A DNA stretch of 64,000 nt from Clostridia bacterium (lineage in GTDB: Bacteria; Bacillota; Clostridia; Christensenellales; Aristaeellaceae), in the NCBI GenBank assembly GCA_036756425.1, contig DAIOLC010000001.1:6023-70022 (forward strand), given 5' to 3'. The position numbers and the translations under genes are program-made. Shown piece after piece: positions 1 through 8,842 of this stretch. Below the pieces are notes generated by a model. That model did no database searches. It saw only the letters and a program-made list of their open reading frames with translations, and was not told where the DNA came from. Every line of letters starts with the position of its first letter. Within the stretch, counting starts at the first letter, position 1.

Positions 1-504
1 GTCTGGAACATCGTGGATTTCCAGCATGTCAAGCCCGGGAAAGGCGCGGCCTTTGTCCGCACGAAAATCAAGAACATCATGACCGGCGCGGTCATCGAGC
101 GCACCTTTAACCCGACGGACAAGATGCCCCGCGCCATCATCGAGTCCAAGGAGATGCAGTACCTGTACAACGACGGGGACCTGTATTACTTCATGGACCC
201 GGAGACCTTTGAGCAGATGCCGCTGAACCTCAGCCAGGTGGAGGACGCCATCAAGTTCGTAAAGGAAAACACGAACGTCAGCATCCGCTTCTTTAAGGGC
301 GCGGCCTTCTCCGTGGAAGCGCCCAATTTTGTGGACCTTGAGATCACTGATACGGAGCCCGGGTTCAAGGGCGACACGGCCTCCACGACCTATAAGCCCG
401 CGACAACGGAAACCGGCTTCACGCTGATGGTTCCGCTGTTCATCAATATCGGGGACGTCATCAAAATCGACACCCGGACCGGCGAATACCTGTCCAGGGC
501 TTAA
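1..504 (+). CDS. efp: Elongation factor P, 5'-truncated by the window edge
   Basis: The frame is open from nt 1. The translation ([25 protein letters not shown]...[17 protein letters not shown]) matches the EF-P KPGKG loop and C-terminal OB domains. Confidence 0.95.
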   Translation, partial: VWNIVDFQHVKPGKGAAFVRTKIKNIMTGAVIERTFNPTDKMPRAIIESKEMQYLYNDGDLYYFMDPETFEQMPLNLSQVEDAIKFVKENTNVSIRFFKGAAFSVEAPNFVDLEITDTEPGFKGDTASTTYKPATTETGFTLMVPLFINIGDVIKIDTRTGEYLSRA

Positions 505-534
505 GGCGCGGCAACCGCGCGGAAGGGGGGCACC

Positions 535-987
535 ATGAGCGACCTGTCCAAGAAAGTGGAGTATCTCAAAGGCCTGGCGGAAGGGATGAACCTCAAGGAG
601 GACACCCAGGAGCAGAAGCTGCTGCTGAGGATGCTGGACGTGCTGGACGCGGTGGCCGCGGAGGTTGACGAGCTGCGAGAAAACCAGGACGAGTTCAACG
701 AGTACCTCGAGAACATGGACGAAGACCTCGCCGCGCTGGAAGATGCCGTGTTTGAAGACGAGGACGGCGAATACACCGACGAGGACGAAGACGTGGAAGG
801 CGACTCCGTGGTGGAGTTCGAATGCCCGCACTGCGGCTTCAAGACGCGGTTCGACATCACCGATTTTGATTTTGAAGAGGACTATCTGTGCCCCGAATGC
901 CAGCAGCCTTTCTTCCCCGAGCATGAGGACGACGATGACGGGGACGAGGACGAAGCGGAAACCGGGGACGTGAAAGACGAAGGCTGA
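535..987 (+). CDS. Highly acidic small protein with a C-terminal CxxC...CxxC zinc ribbon
   Basis: 150-aa ORF 30 nt after efp. It has an N-terminal helical part, long D/E tracts, and the motif CPHCG...CPEC. No family name can be verified without a search. Confidence 0.65.
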   Translation: MSDLSKKVEYLKGLAEGMNLKEDTQEQKLLLRMLDVLDAVAAEVDELRENQDEFNEYLENMDEDLAALEDAVFEDEDGEYTDEDEDVEGDSVVEFECPHCGFKTRFDITDFDFEEDYLCPECQQPFFPEHEDDDDGDEDEAETGDVKDEG

Positions 988-1066
988 CGGCGTCCTGAAC
1001 CAAGCCCCGGGCTGAACGCCCGCGGGGAGGCTGTGGGAATTGCCCGGGACGACCGGCGAAACAGAG

Positions 1067-2434
1067 ATGCAAAACACGAATACGGCCAGACCCCCGATGA
1101 GCCCTTCCAAGATCCTGGCGCTGGGCTTCTTCGCCATTATTTTCACCGGTGCCCTGCTCCTGCTGCTGCCGTTCGCGGCGGAGCCGGGCGTCCGCATCAC
1201 GCCGCTGCAGGCGCTGTTCACGTCCACCAGCGCCGTTTGCGTGACCGGCCTGACGGTGGTCGACACCGCGTCGTCCTATTCCCTCTTCGGGGAACTGGTT
1301 ATCCTCAGCCTGATCCAGCTGGGCGGCCTGGGGTTCATGCTGTTCGCCACCTCGGTGCTGATTCTCTCCGGCCGGCGCATTTCCCTGCGCAACCGCATCC
1401 TGCTGCACGAAACCATGAGCATGCCCGGCCTCTCAGGCACGGTGAGGACGACCATCCGCTTCATGCTCATCGTCATCGCGGTCGAGCTGGCCGGCTCCGT
1501 CCTGCTGGCGATTCGCTTCGTGCCGATGTTCGGGTTCTGGAAGGGAACGTATTTCGGGTTCTTCCACGCCATCAGCGCGTTTTGCAACGCGGGGTTCGAC
1601 CTCTTCGGCGCGGCGGGCAGCCTGACGCAGTTCCAGGATGACCCCCACGTCCTCATGACCATCTCCTCGCTCATCATCGTCGGCGGCATCGGCTTCGCCG
1701 TGCTGGCGGACCTGATGCATACGCGTTTCCGCGCGCGCAAGCTGCACCTCCACTCAAAAATCGTGCTTGCGACCACGGCCGCCCTGCTGCTGGCGGGCAG
1801 CCTGCTGTTCGCCCTCATCGAGTGGGACAACCCGGCGACGCTGGCCGCGCCCGGCGCCGATGCGCCGCAGAAAATCCTCAACGCATGGTTCCAGTCGGTG
1901 ACCACCCGCACCGCCGGGTACTTTTCCGTGCAGCAAAGCGGGCTGCGTAACGCAAGCAAGCTGCTGTCCAGCTTCCTGATGTTCATCGGCGCGTCCCCCG
2001 CCTCGACCGGCGGCGGCATCAAGACGTCGACCTTCTTTGTGCTCATCGTGCTCATCCGCAGCGTCATGCGGGGGAAGGAGGACGTCGAGGCTTTCCGCCG
2101 CCGCGTGCCCGCCTCCCTGATCCGCACCGCGCTGAGCATCTTCTTCATCAGCCTCTCGCTGCTGGCGGCGGGTTCCGTGGGGATGTCGCTGCTGGAGCAA
2201 AGCCGGGGCTTCTCGACCATCGACCTGCTGTTTGAGGAAGCCTCCGCCCTGGGCACCGTCGGCCTGACCTCCGCAGGGACGGCCAACATGACCCATCCCA
2301 CCCAGGTCTGGCTGATTCTGCTGATGTACTTCGGCCGGGTCGGCCCCCTGACCATGATGATCAGCCTGACGGCCCGCAACAGCAGGAAGCTCTCGGGCAT
2401 CCACTATCCGGAGGAGCAGCTCATCGTCGGCTGA
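1067..2434 (+). CDS. trkH: TrkH/KtrB-family K+ uptake membrane subunit
   Basis: Polytopic protein with repeated pore-loop-like motifs (TAGY, STGGGIKT, LGTVGLT). It is followed directly by a TrkA-like gene. The start is uncertain: TTG at 1040 or ATG at 1067 or 1097. Confidence 0.85.
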   Translation: MQNTNTARPPMSPSKILALGFFAIIFTGALLLLLPFAAEPGVRITPLQALFTSTSAVCVTGLTVVDTASSYSLFGELVILSLIQLGGLGFMLFATSVLILSGRRISLRNRILLHETMSMPGLSGTVRTTIRFMLIVIAVELAGSVLLAIRFVPMFGFWKGTYFGFFHAISAFCNAGFDLFGAAGSLTQFQDDPHVLMTISSLIIVGGIGFAVLADLMHTRFRARKLHLHSKIVLATTAALLLAGSLLFALIEWDNPATLAAPGADAPQKILNAWFQSVTTRTAGYFSVQQSGLRNASKLLSSFLMFIGASPASTGGGIKTSTFFVLIVLIRSVMRGKEDVEAFRRRVPASLIRTALSIFFISLSLLAAGSVGMSLLEQSRGFSTIDLLFEEASALGTVGLTSAGTANMTHPTQVWLILLMYFGRVGPLTMMISLTARNSRKLSGIHYPEEQLIVG

Positions 2435-2465
2435 GCCACCAATCGACGCGCTTTTAGGAGGAAAC

Positions 2466-3131
2466 ATGGCGGACAGCAGCAGGAAACAGTACGTGATTTT
2501 TGGCATCGGGCGCTTTGGCTCCGCCCTCGCCCGCACGCTGTGCGAAATGGGGCACGAGGTGCTGGCGGTGGACTCCGACGGGGAGCGGGTGAGCGCCGTC
2601 GCCCCCTTCGTCACCAACGCCATCCAGGTGAACTCCAACGACGAGGAAACCATGCGTTCCCTGGGCATCCGGAACTTTGACGCGGCCATCGTCGCCATCG
2701 GCGACGACCTGCACCATTCCATCCTGATGACCATCATGTGCAAGGAGATGGGTGCCAAGTACCTCATCGCCAAGGCGACGGACGCCATGCACGCGAAGGT
2801 GCTGCTGAAGCTGGGCGTCGACCGGGTGGTGTTCCCGGAGAGGGACATGGGGGAGCGGGTGGCCCATTCCCTGGTTAACCCGCACGTGCTGGACCTGATC
2901 AACCTGCGTTCGGATTACGTCATCGTCTATCTGCCCTGCCCGAAGGACTGGCTCGGGAAGACCCTGCAGCAGGTCGACGTCCGCAAGCGGTTCCAGGTGT
3001 CCGTCCTCGCCATATACCGCAAGGACGACATGATTATGGACTTGCGCGCGGATACCCGCTTGGAAAAGGGGGACAGCTTGCTGGTGCTGGGCCACCGAGA
3101 AGACGTCGAGCGCGTCGAAGCGCTGGGTTGA
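2466..3131 (+). CDS. trkA: TrkA/KtrA-family K+ uptake regulatory subunit (RCK N and C domains)
   Basis: It has a GIGRFG Rossmann motif at the N-terminus and a C-terminal TrkA_C-like segment (GKTLQQVDVRKRF...GDSLLVLG). It is adjacent to trkH. Confidence 0.85.
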   Translation: MADSSRKQYVIFGIGRFGSALARTLCEMGHEVLAVDSDGERVSAVAPFVTNAIQVNSNDEETMRSLGIRNFDAAIVAIGDDLHHSILMTIMCKEMGAKYLIAKATDAMHAKVLLKLGVDRVVFPERDMGERVAHSLVNPHVLDLINLRSDYVIVYLPCPKDWLGKTLQQVDVRKRFQVSVLAIYRKDDMIMDLRADTRLEKGDSLLVLGHREDVERVEALG

Positions 3132-3140
3132 GGAGCGGGC

Positions 3141-3725
3141 GTGCGACTGATTGTGCTGGACACGGAGGCCACGGACCTGGAGCCGGGGCAGATATGCCAG
3201 CTGTCCTATCTGACCGAGGCGGACGGGAAGGTCAGCGGCAGCAACTTCTTTTTCTCGGTCGACGAGATGTCCCCCGGCGCCATGGAAGTGCACGGGATGA
3301 GCCGGGAGGACCTGCAGCTGCTGTCCGGCGGACGGTGGTTTGAGGACGACGCGGAGGCGATTCTCCGGGACTTCAACGCCTGCGACTTGCTGGTCGGGCA
3401 CAACGTGCAGGCTGACGAGCGCTATCTGCGCGTGGAGATGGAACGTGCCGGCCTGAAGATGAAAAAGCTGAGGACCTTCTGCACCATGAACTTCGCAGCG
3501 GGCATCATGAACATGCAGCGCAAGGTGGTCACCGGCCGCCCCAAGCCGCCGAAGCTCTCGGAGCTTGCGGCGTATTACGGCATCGGCGAGGAACGGACCG
3601 GGGAGATGACCGCGGAATGGTTCGGCGCCCAGGGCGCCTTGCACGACGCGCGTTTTGACGCCGCGATGACCTACCTGTGCCTGAAGGCGGCGATTGAAAA
3701 AGGAGACCTCCGCGGGCTTTTTTGA
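3141..3725 (+). CDS. DEDD-type 3'-5' exonuclease domain protein (DnaQ-like)
   Basis: GTG start. The sequence shows LDTEATDL (Exo I), GHNVQADERYL (Exo II) and HDARFDA (Exo III, DEDDh) motifs. Confidence 0.7.
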   Translation: MRLIVLDTEATDLEPGQICQLSYLTEADGKVSGSNFFFSVDEMSPGAMEVHGMSREDLQLLSGGRWFEDDAEAILRDFNACDLLVGHNVQADERYLRVEMERAGLKMKKLRTFCTMNFAAGIMNMQRKVVTGRPKPPKLSELAAYYGIGEERTGEMTAEWFGAQGALHDARFDAAMTYLCLKAAIEKGDLRGLF

Positions 3726-3786
3726 ACCGGGATTCCCCGATATCGCCGAATGATTGCCGAATTATGAAGTTTATATTGCGAATCGC

Positions 3787-3814
3787 TTGCAATTTCCCCT
3801 TGTTTTGCTATAAT
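3787..3814 (+). promoter_or_regulatory. Sigma-70-type promoter candidate for the two-component operon
   Basis: TTGCAA (3787-3792), a 16-nt spacer, then TGcTATAAT (extended -10, TATAAT at 3809-3814). It lies in a locally AT-rich gap upstream of 3863. Confidence 0.45.
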
Positions 3815-3862
3815 CATTTCAAGAAAACAACGCAGTTCATTGATGTTGGGAAGGAATGATCC

Positions 3863-4561
3863 GTGGTGGCCAAGCGAATCCTTTTGGTGGATGACGAGCC
3901 GATTCTCATCAAGGGGCTCAAGTTCACGCTGGAGCAGGACGGGTATGAGATCCTGACTGCCGCGGACGGCGAGGAAGCCCTCCGGGTTTTTTCCGAGAAC
4001 CCGGTGGACCTTGTGCTGCTGGACGTGATGCTGCCCAAGATGGACGGCGTGGTCGTCTGCCAGCGCATCCGGGAGACGAGCAACGTCCCCATCATCATGC
4101 TCACCGCCAAGGGCGAGGACATGGATAAAATCCTGGGCCTGGAGTACGGCGCGGACGACTATATGACCAAGCCCTTCAACATCCTGGAGGTCAAGGCGCG
4201 CATCAAGACCATCCTGCGCCGCTCGGCGCCCGCCGCCGCGGGCGAGGACAGCAAGGTGGTGCGGGTGCGTGATCTGGCCGTCAATTCCGTCAACCGCTCC
4301 GTCACCCTGGACGGGAAGGACATCCGGCTCACGGCGAAGGAATTCGACCTTCTGAGCCTTTTCATCAGCAACCGCGGCCGGGTGTTCAGCCGGGAGGAGA
4401 TGCTCGACGCCGTGTGGAAGAACGATTACGCCGGGGACGAGCGGACGGTGGACGTCCACATCCGCCGCCTGAGGGAAAAGGTGGAGCGCAACCCCACGCA
4501 GCCGGAGTTCATCTTCACGAAATGGGGGGTCGGGTATTACTTCACGGACCGGGATGACTAA
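3863..4561 (+). CDS. OmpR/PhoB-family response regulator
   Basis: Receiver domain (LLVDDEP...DLVLLDVMLPKMDG...KP) plus a winged-helix output domain (LTAKEFDLLSLF...VDVHIRRLREK...GVGY). Confidence 0.92.
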   Translation: MVAKRILLVDDEPILIKGLKFTLEQDGYEILTAADGEEALRVFSENPVDLVLLDVMLPKMDGVVVCQRIRETSNVPIIMLTAKGEDMDKILGLEYGADDYMTKPFNILEVKARIKTILRRSAPAAAGEDSKVVRVRDLAVNSVNRSVTLDGKDIRLTAKEFDLLSLFISNRGRVFSREEMLDAVWKNDYAGDERTVDVHIRRLREKVERNPTQPEFIFTKWGVGYYFTDRDD

Positions 4562-6011
4562 GCCCTTCGCCAGCATCCGATGGAAAGTCATGCTGGCTTT
4601 CTTTTTTATTATCGGCGTATCCTTCCTGGTCATGGCGGGCACGCTGACGAACATGCTGGGCAACTACCTTTTTGGCGTCCGCATCCAGTCGGACCGGGCG
4701 GGGCTGGAGAAATGGGCCGTCAGCGCAGCCGAATCCCTGAGCCGCGCCGACGCGGCGGAGCTGGACCGCATCGTGCGCCGCGCGGGCGCGGAACTGGGCG
4801 GGCGTGTCCTGCTGCTGGACCGGGACGGCAAGGTGCAGTCGGACAACTTCCAGCAGTCCATGGGCAGGCTGCTTTCCTATCCCGAGGTCGTCAGCATCCT
4901 TGTTTCCGGCCAGACCTCGGACTACGGCGTCCATTCGCTCAAAACGGGGGAGCCGGCGAGGGGACAGAACATGCTGAGTTTCGCCTCCAACGAGGAGTGG
5001 GTCAGCTATTCGACCGCGGGCATCGTACAGTCCTCTCACGTCATCGGCGTCCTGCTGCTGGTGTCCTCCGTCCGGGACATGATGCAAAGCCTGCTGAGCA
5101 TGCAGAACAACATGGCCGTTCTCTTTGTCGCCGTGGCGGCGGTCGCGGCGGTCGCGGGCATGGTCTTCTCCCGGGTGCTCACCCGGCCGATTTCGGAGAT
5201 GACCCAGGTCATCCGCGGCATGTCCGCCGGAGACCTGGGCGCGCGCGTGGCGGAGCGGGGCAGCGGCGAAATCCGCCAGCTGGCGGTCGCCTTCAACTCC
5301 ATGAGCGAGCAGCTCGACGCCCTCAACCAGACGCGCAACCAGTTCGTCTCCAACGCAAGCCACGAGCTCAAGACGCCGCTGGCCACGATGAAAATCATGA
5401 TTGAAAGCCTGATTTACCAACCGGAGATGGGGCCGGAATTGAGGACGGAGTTCCTCAGCGACGTCAACCAGGAAATCAACCGCCTCTCCTCCATCGTGTC
5501 CGACCTGCTGACCCTGGTGCAGTCGGATTCGCGCTCCACGCGCCTCAACCGCGAAAAGATGTCCCTCGCGGAAGTGGTCAAGGACGCGGAGCACCGCCTC
5601 TCCCCGATGGCCGCGCAGCGGGGCCAGCAGTTCATCACCAGCCTGCAGGACAGCTGCGACATGTACGCGGACAAGGCCAAGCTTCAGCAGGTGGTCTACA
5701 ACCTCCTGGAGAACGCGGTCAAATATACGCCCCGGGACGGCTGGGTCAAGGTGAACCTCCAGCGCCAGGGCCGGGACGCGGTGCTGACGGTGTCCGACTC
5801 CGGCCCCGGGATTCCCAGGGAGAGCCTGCCGCACGTGTTCGAGCGCTTCTACCGGGTGGACAAGGCGCGGGGGCGCGAGTCGGGCGGAACCGGCCTGGGG
5901 CTGTCCATCGTGCAGCAATACGTCAACCAGCACGGCGGGACGGTCCGCGTCGCCAGCGAGGAAGGGCAGGGGGCGGTCTTCACCGTGGAACTGCCGCTGA
6001 ACAAGGGCTGA
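4554..6011 (+). CDS. Sensor histidine kinase (2 TM, HAMP, HisKA, HATPase_c)
   Basis: Its ATG overlaps the regulator stop by 8 nt. It carries the H-box SHELKTPL, the N-box NLLENAVKYT, and G-boxes DSGPGI and GGTGLGLSIV. Confidence 0.92.
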   Translation: MTKPFASIRWKVMLAFFFIIGVSFLVMAGTLTNMLGNYLFGVRIQSDRAGLEKWAVSAAESLSRADAAELDRIVRRAGAELGGRVLLLDRDGKVQSDNFQQSMGRLLSYPEVVSILVSGQTSDYGVHSLKTGEPARGQNMLSFASNEEWVSYSTAGIVQSSHVIGVLLLVSSVRDMMQSLLSMQNNMAVLFVAVAAVAAVAGMVFSRVLTRPISEMTQVIRGMSAGDLGARVAERGSGEIRQLAVAFNSMSEQLDALNQTRNQFVSNASHELKTPLATMKIMIESLIYQPEMGPELRTEFLSDVNQEINRLSSIVSDLLTLVQSDSRSTRLNREKMSLAEVVKDAEHRLSPMAAQRGQQFITSLQDSCDMYADKAKLQQVVYNLLENAVKYTPRDGWVKVNLQRQGRDAVLTVSDSGPGIPRESLPHVFERFYRVDKARGRESGGTGLGLSIVQQYVNQHGGTVRVASEEGQGAVFTVELPLNKG

Positions 6012-6026
6012 CGCCTATGCAAAGCA

Positions 6027-6051
6027 GGCCGCCTGCCTCTCGGCAGGCGGT
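6027..6051 (+). repeat. Left copy of a 25-nt direct repeat (GC hairpin GGCCGCCTGCCTCTCGGCAGGCGGT)
   Basis: The identical 25-mer recurs at 6233-6257. This copy has no T-tract after it. Confidence 0.9.
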
Positions 6052-6232
6052 CAGACTGTCGAAAAAGGTCCGCGGACCTTTTTCGATTCGGAGGATTGCT
6101 GCGGAATGTTTTCGCTGTTCGCGAAAACGCCCCGCGCGTCCGGCAGAGCCGGACGACACGATGATAATCGGTGGGCTGCCGCCCCCCGAAGCCCCCTGCA
6201 TCATGGTCTGTAGTAAGGTTTTTTGACAACCT
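6052..6232 (+). repeat. Copy A of an unclassified intergenic repeat (MITE-like or structured-RNA-like)
   Basis: It starts with the perfect 28-nt palindrome TCGAAAAAGGTCCGCGGACCTTTTTCGA (6059-6086). Block 6091-6225 aligns by eye to the reverse complement of 29703-29831. The element ends are imperfect inverted repeats. Confidence 0.7.
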
Positions 6233-6264
6233 GGCCGCCTGCCTCTCGGCAGGCGGTTTTCTTT
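6233..6264 (+). terminator. Rho-independent terminator (right copy of the 25-nt repeat plus T-tract)
   Basis: Stem CCGCCTGCC / GGCAGGCGG with loop TCTC, followed by TTTTCTTT. Confidence 0.7.
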
Positions 6265-6347
6265 ATGGAGCACATACTTTTGATAAATAATGAGGGCTGC
6301 AGGGTATTGCGCCCGGCCGCAAGCGGCGAAGGCCGGGGGCCGGCGGT

Positions 6348-7901
6348 TCACGGCTGCCGGATGATACCCTCGTTGCGCAGGAACTCCCCCGCGACGTCGA
6401 CGCTCCCGGCGAAGGTGCCCTCCTGCTTTCCGTCGATGAAGAAGCGGACCCGCCGGATGCCGCGCTGGTCCGAGAGGGTGTTGACCAGCGCGTACACCAT
6501 CAGCTTTTCCCTTTCGGCGCTGAGGCCGGCGGTCAGTCCGCGGAGGTTCCCGGACAAATTGACCAGGGAGGCGTCGCCCTGCCGGGAGATGCCCAGAAGG
6601 TCCGCGTCGCGGGGCGGCGCGGGGAAGGCGGCGGAAAGGCCGGTGACGCTGTCCGTGTTTACCGGGCCCAGCGCGAGCTGGTTGAACAGGTAGCGGGGGT
6701 TGAAGGTCTGGTAATAGGGAATCGCCCGGCTGGTCCGGCTCAGGCTGCCAAAGGCGTTGGGGAAATACAGGCTGCACTCGTCCAGCAGGAAATGGGCGAA
6801 CTGGCTGCGCTGCATCACGCCGCGCTCGAAGATGATTTCCTCGCCCGCGCCTTCGTACAGCCCGGCGGGCACCACGGCGTTGACCTGTTCGGCGCCGATG
6901 GAGACCTCGATGCCTGTCGTATACGGCAAAAATGTGGTCAGCGTGAAGGTCAGCGCAGCCATCAGGATGGAACGCGGCACGCCGGCCGATATCAGCGCCT
7001 CGTTGGCACCCTCATAAAATCGCAGCCGGAGGGTTCGCCCCGCCGCGCCGGGCTGTTCCACCGCCTCGGGCTCCGCGGACAGGAGGGTGACCAGGTCGGG
7101 CAGGGGCGCCGCGTTGGGCAGGGTCTGGGGCCCGGCGGACAGCGCCTGCAACAGGGCGAGGGCCATTTGGGGCAGGGAGTTTCCGGTAAAATTCACCGCC
7201 TGCGCCTCTGCCAGCACGCCGCGCCCGGCTTTGGCCGGGAAATACAATGTCGCGACGGAGCCGAACCCTGTGCCGGGCGCCGCCTGCCTGTTCATCGCTT
7301 CCCACAGCGCGTTGACGTCCTCGTTGCCCGTTCGGGTGAGGCTGCCCAGGGGCAGGGTGGAGGCGGTGTCCACCCCCAGTTGCCGGCCGTTGACCAGGAC
7401 GTTGACAAAGCGGATGTCCCCCCATTGGGTGAGGGTGTTGGCGATGGCGCGGCTGACCAGATAACGCTCCTTGTTGTCCAGCGCCAGCGCGCCGGCCGCC
7501 AGGTTGACGGTGGCGGTTTGCCCGGACGTTTCCACCGCGCTGCCGGGGCTGAGGGAGAGCTGCGCTTTGTCCGTCAGCGGCAGGGCGGCGGTCGTCCCCG
7601 TGAAGGAGAAAAGCTTTCTGAGCGTGTAGTCAGCCGGGTGCCGCGAATGGGACAGCAGGATGCGCTCCGGGAACATCTGCAGCTGGCGGTTCTGGGCGGA
7701 GGGCAGGCAGAGCATGACCGTCTGGGCGAAGCTTTCACCCGCGTCCCCCAGCGGTGCGGTATACTCCCCGCGGGGCGGGGGAAGCGTGACGCTGCCGTTG
7801 CTGTCCTTTACCGGAATGGACGCGGTGCAGCCGCCGAGCAGGCACAGGCAGGCGGCGAGAGACAGCGCTTTGAGCGCCCTGGGCCTGCGCATCCTCTTCA
7901 T
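6348..7901 (-). CDS. GerMN-domain lipoprotein (two GerMN-like modules)
   Basis: Lipobox signal MKRMRRPRALKALSLAACLCLLGGC. GerMN-like segments are present (SRAIANTLTQWGDIRFVNVLVNG and ALVNTLSDQRGIRRVRFFIDGK). The ATG at 7901 overlaps the upstream stop (ATGA). The track ORF extends to 7949. Confidence 0.8.
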   Translation of the reverse strand: MKRMRRPRALKALSLAACLCLLGGCTASIPVKDSNGSVTLPPPRGEYTAPLGDAGESFAQTVMLCLPSAQNRQLQMFPERILLSHSRHPADYTLRKLFSFTGTTAALPLTDKAQLSLSPGSAVETSGQTATVNLAAGALALDNKERYLVSRAIANTLTQWGDIRFVNVLVNGRQLGVDTASTLPLGSLTRTGNEDVNALWEAMNRQAAPGTGFGSVATLYFPAKAGRGVLAEAQAVNFTGNSLPQMALALLQALSAGPQTLPNAAPLPDLVTLLSAEPEAVEQPGAAGRTLRLRFYEGANEALISAGVPRSILMAALTFTLTTFLPYTTGIEVSIGAEQVNAVVPAGLYEGAGEEIIFERGVMQRSQFAHFLLDECSLYFPNAFGSLSRTSRAIPYYQTFNPRYLFNQLALGPVNTDSVTGLSAAFPAPPRDADLLGISRQGDASLVNLSGNLRGLTAGLSAEREKLMVYALVNTLSDQRGIRRVRFFIDGKQEGTFAGSVDVAGEFLRNEGIIRQP

Positions 7902-8842
7902 CTTGCCGCCTCCGTGATGAACCGGACAGATTCGGGGGATATCTTCCATATGCCGTCCTGCAAGCGCAGGGCGACGGGGATGCCGTCCACCGTCGCTTCC
8001 TGCCCGTCAGAACCCAGGAAAGCGGCGGCCAGCACGACGACCGCCGTTGCCCCGTCCGGCGAAACACGGCCCTCGCTGAGCTTGAAATCTGTCAATTGGG
8101 GCAGGGTGTCAGGCTGGAGCCACCCGCCGCCGTTCGCGGCTTCCCCGGGGCTGGAGTACACGAACGCGCTCAATTGACCCCAGGACCGGCTTTTCCAAAG
8201 CCCGAACGGGAGCCGCGCGGCGGCGCCGGGGGTGATAATCCTGCTTTCGTCGCGCAACAGGGGGTCGGGCAGGGCGTCGTTGTCCTCCAGGTAATACCGG
8301 TTGGATAGCCGCATGGACGCCGTGGTGGAGGCGGGGGAGTACACCAGCACCTGGATGGAGCGGATGTCGCCGAACTGCGTCAGCGTATTGGCCAGGGAGG
8401 CCATCGCCAGCTCCCGGCGCAGCCGCGCTTCCTGCGTGCCCTTTTCGGTATCCAGGCTCTCGCCGGGCAGGGCGTCCATAACGGCGCTGTTGAAGGTGAC
8501 GAACAGCTGGCTGCCCTCCTGCAAAACGGATAAAACCTCCGTACCTGCCGGGAAAAGACGCCTCAGGTTGCCGCCCTCCCCCTCCGGCTCGTCCAGCAGG
8601 GCCTGCACAAGCGCCATTTCAGGGCTTTCCGGATAGGGGACCGGTACCTCCCGGATTTCCTGCCCCAGGTAGGCGCTGTCGAGATAGCGGAAATACAAAA
8701 TGGCTTTTTGGGAGTCGTGGCTTTCCGGGGGCTTGTACCCCAAACGCTCCCCGCCCTCCGCGGCAGCCGCGGCGGACATCAGCAATGCTGCGGCCAATGC
8801 AATAGCCGCCGCGGTTTTTCGCCAATTCTCCCTAACGCTCAT
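7898..8842 (-). CDS. GerMN-domain secreted protein
   Basis: It has an N-terminal signal/anchor and a GerMN-like segment (SLANTLTQFGDIRSIQVLVYS). Confidence 0.75.
   Translation of the reverse strand: MSVRENWRKTAAAIALAAALLMSAAAAAEGGERLGYKPPESHDSQKAILYFRYLDSAYLGQEIREVPVPYPESPEMALVQALLDEPEGEGGNLRRLFPAGTEVLSVLQEGSQLFVTFNSAVMDALPGESLDTEKGTQEARLRRELAMASLANTLTQFGDIRSIQVLVYSPASTTASMRLSNRYYLEDNDALPDPLLRDESRIITPGAAARLPFGLWKSRSWGQLSAFVYSSPGEAANGGGWLQPDTLPQLTDFKLSEGRVSPDGATAVVVLAAAFLGSDGQEATVDGIPVALRLQDGIWKISPESVRFITEAAR

Noticed and set aside
6017-6226. A 69-aa ORF inside repeat copy A, and the 86-aa ORF 29798-30058 inside copy B, as possible small proteins.
   Set aside because: The two copies differ by several indels that break any common reading frame. 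Neither ORF has an RBS, and the sequence conservation is at nucleotide level, not codon level.
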